Shown here: positions 1 through 6,894 of the stretch, in pieces
Numbering within the stretch: the stretch's first letter is position 1
How the letters are laid out: the number at the start of each line of letters is the position of its first letter
Origin: an uncultured Desulfovibrionaceae bacterium
Lineage (GTDB): Bacteria; Desulfobacterota; Desulfovibrionia; Desulfovibrionales; Desulfovibrionaceae
Length of the DNA: 64,000 nucleotides
Assembly: GCA_964369995.1 (NCBI GenBank)
Contig: CAYJHH010000001.1
Coordinates: forward strand, 3,048-67,047
Direction: 5' to 3'
Position numbers and translations under genes: made by a program
The notes under the pieces: model-generated
The model's database searches: none
The model's input: the letters and a program-made list of their open reading frames with translations, nothing else
What the model was told of the DNA's origin: nothing

Positions 1-1
1 T

Positions 2-268
2 AAAACATTTAGCCGCTGCGTTGAAGCTCTGGGCTTGAACGCACATATAAGTGATAGGCGTCAACGTGTTGTTTTTCACACGCTGCGTCATACCTTTGCC
101 TCTTGGCTCGCTATTAAAGGAATCCCCTTGTACGTCATCAGCCAATTGCTTGGGCATAAAAGCCTTGAGATGACACAGCGCTATGCCCATCTGTGCCCAG
201 ATGCAAAAAGAGAGGCCATAACGCTGTTGAATAACGTGCTTAATCATGAGTCTTCTTCCGCCACTTAG
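2..268 (+). CDS. int: Tyrosine integrase, C-terminal fragment (5' part outside window)
   Basis: Frame is open from the window start to the stop at 266-268. Contains the tyrosine recombinase catalytic box: VVFHTLRHTFASWL ... LLGHKSLEMTQRYAHL (conserved H-x-x-R and catalytic Y). Confidence 0.85.
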   Translation, partial: KTFSRCVEALGLNAHISDRRQRVVFHTLRHTFASWLAIKGIPLYVISQLLGHKSLEMTQRYAHLCPDAKREAITLLNNVLNHESSSAT

Positions 269-542
269 CGAGATAATTTTGGATGGCCGCATGCTCATAA
301 AAGACAGGGGAGCCTTTCACCTCTTGCAAATATTCAGGCCCACGCCCCTGAGCACGCATATTCCGTAATGTTCCTGAATTAAGCCCATACAGCTTTTCCA
401 CTTCTTCAGCATTAAGCATTTGCTTACGCTTAAGACGCTCCAGCTCCGATGCTTCAACAGGAAGCGCCGGCGCAGCCGCAGGCATGATTTCTTTTAAAAT
501 CTGAGCCAAGTCTTCACGTGTGGTTACTATAACGGTACTCAT
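240..542 (-). CDS. Excisionase-family (HTH_17-like) DNA-binding protein
   Basis: 100 aa, next to the integrase. HTH segment LNAEEVEKLYGLNSGTLRNMRAQGRGPEY...VFYEHAAIQNYL resembles excisionase/AlpA-type HTH. Its 3' end overlaps the integrase 3' end convergently by 29 nt. Confidence 0.55.
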   Translation of the reverse strand: MSTVIVTTREDLAQILKEIMPAAAPALPVEASELERLKRKQMLNAEEVEKLYGLNSGTLRNMRAQGRGPEYLQEVKGSPVFYEHAAIQNYLAKWRKKTHD

Positions 543-565
543 AATAAAACCTCCAGCCTTTAAAA

Positions 566-901
566 TCAGCGTGAATTCTCAGTATTACTAACTTTTTTCC
601 AGTTTTCCTGGTGCGCTTCTAAAGCACCAATCGCCTTAAAATGCTCCATATATTCAAAAAATTGTATTATCTGTTTAGCTTGTTCACGCATATGCTCACC
701 GTAATTCTTTCCATTTTTACAGATACGATCTTTGACAACACCAAATGGCGGTAAAACAGTACCCTTTGCATCAAAGCAAAAGAATACATTTTCAGTATGC
801 AACCGCTCTGCAAGCTCTTCTACATTTATATAGGAAAAACGCTTGCCAAGCATGCTATCTTTAAGAGATTTACTTTGCACGTGTGCTGTTTTCTTACTCA
901 T
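566..901 (-). CDS. Hypothetical phage protein (111 aa)
   Basis: ORF in the early-left operon. The ATG at 901 overlaps the TGA stop of the upstream gene (ATGA), suggesting translational coupling. No recognisable motif. Confidence 0.5.
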   Translation of the reverse strand: MSKKTAHVQSKSLKDSMLGKRFSYINVEELAERLHTENVFFCFDAKGTVLPPFGVVKDRICKNGKNYGEHMREQAKQIIQFFEYMEHFKAIGALEAHQENWKKVSNTENSR

Positions 902-1233
902 AACTTCCACCCATATCCCCAGCTATACGGCCTGTGCCAATAAGCCCCGCCACCAAGGCGCACAGCAATCCACATGGGCAAAGCAAACACCTTACCTAGA
1001 AGGCTATGCTTCCACAGGCATAAGAAAAACTGATTATCCACCCAAAGCCTTTCCTTAAAAGTATCCCAAGGTGTTGCATAAAGCCCGCTGCCATAATGAT
1101 ACTCAATATCATGCTCATAGCAGCATACCTCAAAAGGCGGCGCTTGCTTAAAAATACGCTTCCAGCAATACGAAAAGCCACCGGAGCATCCGTCAGATTC
1201 AAAATTCTTGAAAGGCAAATAATATTTCTTCAT
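898..1233 (-). CDS. Phospholipase A2-like small protein
   Basis: 111 aa with DGCSGG ... CCYEHDIEYHYG. This matches the C-C-x-x-H-D-x-x-Y catalytic signature of secreted PLA2s and the upstream (N/D)GC(G/S) element of group XII-like PLA2. Confidence 0.5.
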   Translation of the reverse strand: MKKYYLPFKNFESDGCSGGFSYCWKRIFKQAPPFEVCCYEHDIEYHYGSGLYATPWDTFKERLWVDNQFFLCLWKHSLLGKVFALPMWIAVRLGGGAYWHRPYSWGYGWKL

Positions 1234-1242
1234 ACCGCTCCC

Positions 1243-1776
1243 CTACGCCAACTCATAAATGACATTGCCATCTGCATCTTTTGGCCTGTACTCACTGCCA
1301 TTGATTTGAATTTTGCAATACATCTCAAAGCCCATGGTTTCAATTTCAGGATTAATCTTTGCAAACTGACGCACAAGGGTTGCACTGGTTTGATCTAAGT
1401 AACGCCAACACGCATGCCCCATGGTAATAGCCTTTCCATAACGGCGTGAATCCAGAATAAGTAGATTACCCATGGAAAGAACGGCTGCCCAAATCTCCAT
1501 ACGCTTTTCTTCATCGCCGTGGGCATCATCAATGTGCTTTCCTACAAATTGGAAAGCAGCCTCCATGGCACGCTCAGCGCCCCTGCTCACCCTTCTGTTT
1601 TTAAGATACACAGAGCACTCTTCTGTCCAGCGTTCAATCTTCTGCGCCAAGGGGGCAGTTTTCTTTTCATCTTTCAAAGGAGGCCCCAAAACCTCCATGG
1701 CCGCACGAATAAAAGTCACACCTTGAATGCACATGGTATGCTGAATCCCTGCAGGTAAAACGAGATCTTTTAGCAT
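1243..1776 (-). CDS. Hypothetical phage protein (177 aa)
   Basis: Long ORF, co-directional and overlapping the upstream gene by 7 nt. No recognisable motif. Confidence 0.5.
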   Translation of the reverse strand: MLKDLVLPAGIQHTMCIQGVTFIRAAMEVLGPPLKDEKKTAPLAQKIERWTEECSVYLKNRRVSRGAERAMEAAFQFVGKHIDDAHGDEEKRMEIWAAVLSMGNLLILDSRRYGKAITMGHACWRYLDQTSATLVRQFAKINPEIETMGFEMYCKIQINGSEYRPKDADGNVIYELA

Positions 1777-2258
1777 GCGCCACCGCCTTCATAGGAAAAA
1801 TCATTAAGCTGCATATGTGCAAGCACACGTCTATGAACCATGAATATGAGATCTTCAATGTTCTTGGCCCATTCTTTTACAGCACCATGAAGCATGAGCC
1901 CCGGGCTTTCCAGTGGCCCCGCAAGGCCTATAACCTCTACCCCGCTACCAAAAGCCATGCCCACTTCTACGCCGGCATCTTGACCGCTATGGCCAAGATA
2001 AATCACAAGGTCAGCGGAGCCGCACGCATCACGACAAAAGGAATACACATTGCCACCATGGTCGGTATCCATCCACTGCCGACGCTGATCAGCATTTAGA
2101 CCCTCCGGCGGCGTGGCCTTTTCCGTCCAGTCTAAAATGGCTATGTCAACTAACGTAGCTGTAAACAGCCTCGTCAGCATTTGCACGGCATGCTTATGAC
2201 GAAAGGAGGAAGCTATATATATGGTATATGGTCTATTGCTGTGCATGGCTTTGCTCAC
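1770..2258 (-). CDS. Nucleoside 2-deoxyribosyltransferase-fold protein (paralog 1)
   Basis: N-terminal YTIYIASSFRH strand motif and ADLVIYLGHSGQDAGVEVGMAFGSGVEVIGL. This is the pattern of NDT-like/Rcl-like Rossmannoid proteins (strand - aDlvv - G.s.E.G.A). Confidence 0.45.
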   Translation of the reverse strand: MSKAMHSNRPYTIYIASSFRHKHAVQMLTRLFTATLVDIAILDWTEKATPPEGLNADQRRQWMDTDHGGNVYSFCRDACGSADLVIYLGHSGQDAGVEVGMAFGSGVEVIGLAGPLESPGLMLHGAVKEWAKNIEDLIFMVHRRVLAHMQLNDFSYEGGGAC

Positions 2259-2727
2259 TTAAACTTCTACTTGAAAAAGTATGTCTGGCATGTGCCTTAG
2301 CCAAAAACAGCTTCAGCAGAGGTTCCTGACGGAAAAACTTTGGAATTAAATCCTGTGACAATGTTCCAAGAGAAGCACGCATTTGATACACATTGGCATT
2401 CCAATAAAAGGCACAAGTAGCCTCAGTGGATAAGAAATCTTTGGGGTTGTCACTAAAGATAAGAACAGGTTTACCTAAAACATTGGCTGCGCCAAGCTCG
2501 GCATGGGTTCCACGCCCACCGGGGAGAAGCACAACTACCACGTCGGCATTGTACACACCGTCTAGCTCGTTTTGAGCAACCTCACGCAAGCGTTCATCCC
2601 CTTGACCTTGCGCAGAACCGTGCACCGACCAGTCATAAGAAATTTCATGGCCATCAGCGAGTAGCGCATCACGTAAGGCTTGCACCTGCTTAAAGTTTTC
2701 TAAACCTGAAGCGATATAAATTTTCAT
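2233..2727 (-). CDS. Nucleoside 2-deoxyribosyltransferase-fold protein (paralog 2)
   Basis: MKIYIASGL... plus ADVVVVLLPGGRGTHAELGAANVLGKPVLIF, the typical NDT-like motif (G.GtH.ElG.A...gKPV). An SD-like GGGAGA precedes the ATG. Confidence 0.55.
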   Translation of the reverse strand: MKIYIASGLENFKQVQALRDALLADGHEISYDWSVHGSAQGQGDERLREVAQNELDGVYNADVVVVLLPGGRGTHAELGAANVLGKPVLIFSDNPKDFLSTEATCAFYWNANVYQMRASLGTLSQDLIPKFFRQEPLLKLFLAKAHARHTFSSRSLSEQSHAQQ

Positions 2728-2736
2728 AACGTCTCC

Positions 2737-2862
2737 CTAACTTTGCGTATCACGCATTTTTACTTGCATAGCCATGCGCTGTAAGCGCTTATGATTTTGA
2801 AATAGATCAAAAATTGCTTTTATAAAAAGCGCAGCAGTACCAATGGAAAGAGTATAAATCAT
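2737..2862 (-). CDS. Possible small membrane protein (41 aa)
   Basis: Hand-translated ORF below the track cut-off: MIYTLSIGTAALFIKAIFDLFQNHKRLQRMAMQVKMRDTQS, with a hydrophobic N-terminus. Its stop lies just upstream of the SD of the 2727 gene, and its ATG overlaps the stop of the preceding small ORF (ATGA). Confidence 0.3.
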   Translation of the reverse strand: MIYTLSIGTAALFIKAIFDLFQNHKRLQRMAMQVKMRDTQS

Positions 2863-3032
2863 GCTACCCTTCCCTTACGTTGACTATTCACAGCCTGGCG
2901 CACTATGGGCATAACTAAACTCAAAGAACCAGAAATAAGCACACGCCCACCCCCCATGCGCACTCGGCACATAAAACGAGGACTTTTCTTGACAAGAACA
3001 TGCTGTTGTGGATACGTATTCGTTGACTGCAT
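2859..3032 (-). CDS. Possible small protein (57 aa)
   Basis: Hand-translated ORF with a good SD (AGGAG 7 nt upstream of the ATG at 3032). Its stop overlaps the next ATG. No motif. Confidence 0.3.
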   Translation of the reverse strand: MQSTNTYPQQHVLVKKSPRFMCRVRMGGGRVLISGSLSLVMPIVRQAVNSQRKGRVA

Positions 3033-3056
3033 GAGATACTCCTCTTGCGGTTTATG

Positions 3057-3090
3057 CCCTTATTCGGTGGCCGCCGAGTAAGGGTTTTTT
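3057..3090 (+). terminator. Intrinsic-terminator-like hairpin with T-run on the + strand (antisense to the early-left operon)
   Basis: CCCTTATTCGG-TGGCCG-CCGAGTAAGGG followed by TTTTTT on the + strand. The minus-strand reading has no U-run. Confidence 0.4.
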
Positions 3091-3259
3091 AGTTATTAAT
3101 TAAAAACTTCATGCATCGCAGCATTTGCGAGAGGGACAAAGGTTGCATTCCCTTTGCCCCAGAGCTCCTTGACTCAGTATCCTCAGTGGACGTCCATACA
3201 GGCAAAGCATGGCCTGCCCCAGATATTGCCTCTAAGCTTCAGCTCGCCAATACTACGAT

Positions 3260-3457
3260 TTACCTTGAATGAGGCTTCTTCCATAAACCTTTAAAATCTT
3301 CTTCCACAAAGCCCTCTACTCTATAACCAGTGACATTAGGTATTCTCAGGGTAAAATACCCGTCATCGTACCCAGTATCATCTTGAATAATTTCACCTAC
3401 CAAATAGCCACGATAGGCTTTTTTTAAGCGTACTTTATCCCCTACTTTATAAGCCAT
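3260..3457 (-). CDS. Hypothetical small protein (65 aa)
   Basis: The ATG at 3457 is preceded by GGAGG with a 5-nt spacer. This start is preferred over the track start at 3481. The sequence MAYKVGDKVRLKKAYRGYLVGEI is SH3/KOW-like. Confidence 0.5.
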   Translation of the reverse strand: MAYKVGDKVRLKKAYRGYLVGEIIQDDTGYDDGYFTLRIPNVTGYRVEGFVEEDFKGLWKKPHSR

Positions 3458-3458
3458 T

Positions 3459-3986
3459 CTAACCTCCGTACTGCGTTTCATGCGTCACTCTTGCAAGTTT
3501 CACCATGGCCAAAATGGCCTCAATAGCTTCATGCCCTTCTTTGGTAATGCGATCGAGCTGATCACGAGGAATATTACCATCAGAAATGCTCATGGCCGTT
3601 TCACTGGCGAACTCTCCAAATTCCTTTATGGAATTAGAAAGGTTTTTCACCAGTTCCCCGCTGCACCCCGTAGCCTCAGGCAACTTTAAAACAACGCAGC
3701 CACGCTCTCGAGCTAGAAAAGTTAAAGGAGCATCACTCTCACACGCATCCATAAATGCAAGCAGCATATCAGCGCCAAGCTTATGCCCTGGCTGCCGTGA
3801 TATTTCGCTCATCATGGTTTGGTAATTGGTATAGCCAACCACCTCCCAAATGCTTTTGGCAGTTAAACCAGATGGAGCATTCTTCACCATTTGATGCACA
3901 ATGGCAGTAAGCGAGGGGTATTCTTTTACAGTGTAGTTTTTAGTCATGCTAAAAATCTCCAAAAATTGCGTGGTCATAATCGTCAA
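3459..3986 (-). CDS. Phage regulatory protein, 186-CII/CP76-like (tentative)
   Basis: 175 aa in the early-left operon next to the Cro-like gene. The layout ...YQTMMSEISRQPGHKLGADMLLAFMDACESDAPLTFLARERGC... followed by an acidic helical C-terminus resembles phage 186 CII-type regulators as I recall them. Confidence 0.4.
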   Translation of the reverse strand: MTIMTTQFLEIFSMTKNYTVKEYPSLTAIVHQMVKNAPSGLTAKSIWEVVGYTNYQTMMSEISRQPGHKLGADMLLAFMDACESDAPLTFLARERGCVVLKLPEATGCSGELVKNLSNSIKEFGEFASETAMSISDGNIPRDQLDRITKEGHEAIEAILAMVKLARVTHETQYGG

Positions 3987-4016
3987 AAAATCTTACGTCA
4001 TAATAAAAAGTTTATC

Positions 4017-4286
4017 TTAAGTCTCAGCTTGCTCAACCAGCCCGGGGAACATGGGAGTGCGAGGCTTACGCCGCCAAGTAACAGGTTCTGGCAAAAGTTC
4101 CATGGGAAAACCAAGCCGTAGACACTTCGCATGTAATTCTGTCGGCATGGTATCTCTTCGCAAAATCACGGATACTCGTTGATTTGAAACACCAAGTTCC
4201 TTGGCCAAAGCTACATTAGTAATGTCTCTTTCTACCATCCAAGCTTTGAGTTTCCGCTCTCGAGGGATTTCATTGGGGCTTGTCAT
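4017..4286 (-). CDS. Cro/Ner-like HTH regulator
   Basis: 89 aa with HTH ITNVALAKELGVSNQRVSVILRR. Divergent from the CI-like repressor gene. Confidence 0.6.
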   Translation of the reverse strand: MTSPNEIPRERKLKAWMVERDITNVALAKELGVSNQRVSVILRRDTMPTELHAKCLRLGFPMELLPEPVTWRRKPRTPMFPGLVEQAET

Positions 4287-4390
4287 AGGTAAAGTCCTTT
4301 GTTAAATATAAAAGCCTGTAGGCGTTTACTGTTGGAGTTTTCGCTTTTTCCGTTGAACTATACATAACCATTTTTCAGACACTATTCAAG

Positions 4391-4425
4391 ACAAAAAAAG
4401 ACAATTGTAACAAAAAAAGACAATT
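4391..4425. promoter_or_regulatory. Two identical 16-bp direct repeats (candidate operators) in the divergent switch region
   Basis: ACAAAAAAAGACAATT occurs at 4391-4406 and 4410-4425 (19-bp period). The repeats sit immediately upstream of the CI-like gene start (4440), between the divergent HTH genes. Confidence 0.4.
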
Positions 4426-4439
4426 AAAGGCTCCGTGCA

Positions 4440-5153
4440 ATGTATATAACTAATGAAAACGAGCTATTAGAAAGAATAAAAAAAATCATTAACACCTTAG
4501 CTAGAGGCAAAAAAGCTATTTTCGCCAGAGCTATTGGGGTTAATGAAAGATATGTTGCTAGATATATACAGCAAAATCGTGGAGACTGGTTCATGGGTCA
4601 CTTAAAAGCCATATGCAAAGCCTACCCAACTATCAGTGAAAAATGGCTATACAGTGGAACAGGAGAAATGCTCGTGCCAGAGCGGCCAAACCCCATTCGT
4701 AGCGTCACAAATGCTAAAGATTTACTTATAGGAGACCTTCTCTGGGAATTTTTTAGCCTTAAAGATGCATCGCTTGCTGAAGTAAAAAAACAATGTAACT
4801 TTGATGATACATTCAATCAGGTGATGGAAAGTAGCCGCTACCCAACATTTACAGAGCTCGAAACCTTACACAAAGTATATGATTTAAATGTAACCTATCT
4901 CTTTACCAACAGAAAAGAAGATATGGAAGGTAAAACCATTTCAAAAGAGCTTGAAAAACTTACTGATGAGCTAGTTCAAACTCAAATAGACAATAAGCAA
5001 TTAAATGCAAAATTAATTAATGCCTTAGAAGAAAACAGCGAGCTCAATAAAGAGCTACACAAGGCGAAAGAAAGTGCAAAAACTACGGAAAAAGGTACGA
5101 AAACTGCTTCTGGCAAGACATTTGCGAAAAGTATGTCACCTGCGAAAAATTAA
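4440..5153 (+). CDS. CI-type phage repressor-like protein (tandem HTH-like modules plus coiled-coil tail)
   Basis: FARAIGVNERYVARYIQ ... ISEKWLYSGTGEM matches the Phage_CI_repr-type motif (..WLl.G.G.m). A second similar module follows (VYDLNVTYLFTN), and the C-terminus is a Lys/Glu-rich coiled coil. Confidence 0.6.
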   Translation: MYITNENELLERIKKIINTLARGKKAIFARAIGVNERYVARYIQQNRGDWFMGHLKAICKAYPTISEKWLYSGTGEMLVPERPNPIRSVTNAKDLLIGDLLWEFFSLKDASLAEVKKQCNFDDTFNQVMESSRYPTFTELETLHKVYDLNVTYLFTNRKEDMEGKTISKELEKLTDELVQTQIDNKQLNAKLINALEENSELNKELHKAKESAKTTEKGTKTASGKTFAKSMSPAKN

Positions 5154-5209
5154 ATACGAAGCATTAATCAAAGAAATTTGAGTAAAACATTGCATGAGGC
5201 TAAATCATA

Positions 5210-5569
5210 ATGCTAAAAACAATAACTTTTGTCACACTTTGTTTGCTACTCACTCCCCTTTCGATAAAGGCGCAGTCAGAGGAACAGGCAGACTGGAAAG
5301 AGGGATATAGCGATCCATGCTTTGCCTACTCTGACATGGCAAAACACCTTATGAATGGAAGACAAAGCGGCGCTTCCATAAAAATGATTCTGGAACGACT
5401 GGATAAAAAAGCAATACTGCTCAAACTCAGCCCTTCTGAGAAAGAAAAATTTGCTTATATTATAAGAGAAGCCTTCACCGTGCCATACTATAAAGATGAA
5501 AGCGCTAAGGAAACAGCCGCTACAGAATTTGAGGCGAAAATATACCTTTGGTGTTTGAACGAGAATTAG
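5210..5569 (+). CDS. Secreted/periplasmic small protein (119 aa)
   Basis: N-terminal signal peptide MLKTITFVTLCLLLTPLSIKA/QS. AT-rich. Co-directional with the repressor, with no intervening terminator seen. Confidence 0.55.
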   Translation: MLKTITFVTLCLLLTPLSIKAQSEEQADWKEGYSDPCFAYSDMAKHLMNGRQSGASIKMILERLDKKAILLKLSPSEKEKFAYIIREAFTVPYYKDESAKETAATEFEAKIYLWCLNEN

Positions 5570-5647
5570 GAGCAAGGGCGTTGCTATGCTAGATAGCTAC
5601 ACCAAACTCTCTATTATTATAGAACTTTAAATATAAATGTGAATGTT

Positions 5648-6181
5648 ATGCAACATACTTGGCAAAAAATCATTAAAACCACAATAACAATAACGTTTTT
5701 TTTATATATGCTACACACCTCATACGTCTTTACACCGGCAGATATTATTTCGATTATAGGACTTTTTTTTGCAATATTAAGCTATATCGAAGCTAAGAAC
5801 GCTGCAAGGAATGCTAAAAGCGCTGAAGAAAGAGCGCAAGAAGCAGTTGAAATTACTCGAGACAAAGCGAATAAATATTCTGACCACCTTTTACTACATA
5901 GCTGTCAAAGACTAGTCGGATTAATACAAAAGGCGTTAAACACAGAAAACAAGCAAGACAGCAAAGAGCTATGTGACTTTATTCGCTTAGAAATTGTAGA
6001 TTTTCGTGATGGAGTAACAGAAATTTCAAGGAAGCAAAAAAGAATTATTCAAGATTTAATTTCGTGCTTATCCAGATATGACGGAACTGTGGATAAAAAA
6101 GAAGAATTAACAAACAGTACTTCAAATTTTCGAGATTTGATTTCAGAATTAGCCCATAATAAAGGAAAATCTAATGATTAG
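5648..6181 (+). CDS. 2-TM membrane protein with helical cytoplasmic domain
   Basis: Two hydrophobic helices (TITITFFLYMLHTSYVF and IISIIGLFFAILSYI) are followed by a charged helical domain. The ATG at 5648 is preferred to the GTG at 5639. The gene overlaps the next gene by 8 nt. Confidence 0.55.
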   Translation: MQHTWQKIIKTTITITFFLYMLHTSYVFTPADIISIIGLFFAILSYIEAKNAARNAKSAEERAQEAVEITRDKANKYSDHLLLHSCQRLVGLIQKALNTENKQDSKELCDFIRLEIVDFRDGVTEISRKQKRIIQDLISCLSRYDGTVDKKEELTNSTSNFRDLISELAHNKGKSND

Positions 6182-6533
6182 TAAAAAAACCCTAGCGTTT
6201 ATAGAAAGTATCATTCAAAAAACAGAACTTGGACAAATAAATTGGATAGTTGCTAGAAGAGATGAGTTTAAATTTTCAACACCAACGGCTTCTGTATATG
6301 TATCACAGGCTTTGGATATTGACCATGAAATAAGAGTAACATCTTTTGCAGTTCATGACGAAAATGGAACAATAGTTGATCACTTTGATTACAACGTTGA
6401 CTATAGAACTCCAGAGACTTCTCCTATTGAGGCTTTATATAATTATGCACGAAGAAATGCTTATAAAGCTGATGATATTATGGATTCTATCATACGTGAC
6501 TTGGAGTTAAATTTTGAAGTTGGCAATATTTAA
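6174..6533 (+). CDS. Hypothetical soluble protein (119 aa), translationally coupled to the 2-TM protein
   Basis: The start ATG lies inside the last codons of the upstream gene (8-nt overlap). No recognisable motif. Confidence 0.55.
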   Translation: MISKKTLAFIESIIQKTELGQINWIVARRDEFKFSTPTASVYVSQALDIDHEIRVTSFAVHDENGTIVDHFDYNVDYRTPETSPIEALYNYARRNAYKADDIMDSIIRDLELNFEVGNI

Positions 6534-6567
6534 TCTTACTTAAATTAACTTTTTACGAGGAGGCATT

Positions 6568-6852
6568 ATGGATCCAACAGATTACGAATACGATGAAGAA
6601 ATGAGATGTGCTGCTGAATTTCTTTTAGATGAAGGTATATTAGAAGGAGCCACAGAAGGAATAGCTAAACAAATTACAAGCAAAGGTTGGGCAAAGCTTA
6701 CCTCTAGGCAGCAAGAAGTTTTTATAGAATATGCGCTTCCTAAGGCTCAAAGAGATTGCAAACGTTGCCATGGGGAGATTCCATTAACTGAACTTGGAGT
6801 TGGTGGTGACTATTGCAGCTGGTGCGACCACCAAATAGACAAAGGGAATTAA
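6568..6852 (+). CDS. Zinc-ribbon protein (94 aa)
   Basis: A strong SD (GAGGAGG) precedes the ATG. The N-terminus is acidic and the C-terminus carries CKRC-x17-CSWC (CxxC...CxxC). Confidence 0.55.
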   Translation: MDPTDYEYDEEMRCAAEFLLDEGILEGATEGIAKQITSKGWAKLTSRQQEVFIEYALPKAQRDCKRCHGEIPLTELGVGGDYCSWCDHQIDKGN

Positions 6853-6894
6853 ATATTTACAACACATAAACAAGCCTATTTGAGATTTTAACCT

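Noticed and set aside
240-268. 29-nt convergent overlap of the integrase and excisionase-like 3' ends
   Set aside because: The overlap is real in the sequence. It most simply reflects compact phage gene packing, and I have no evidence of a regulatory role.
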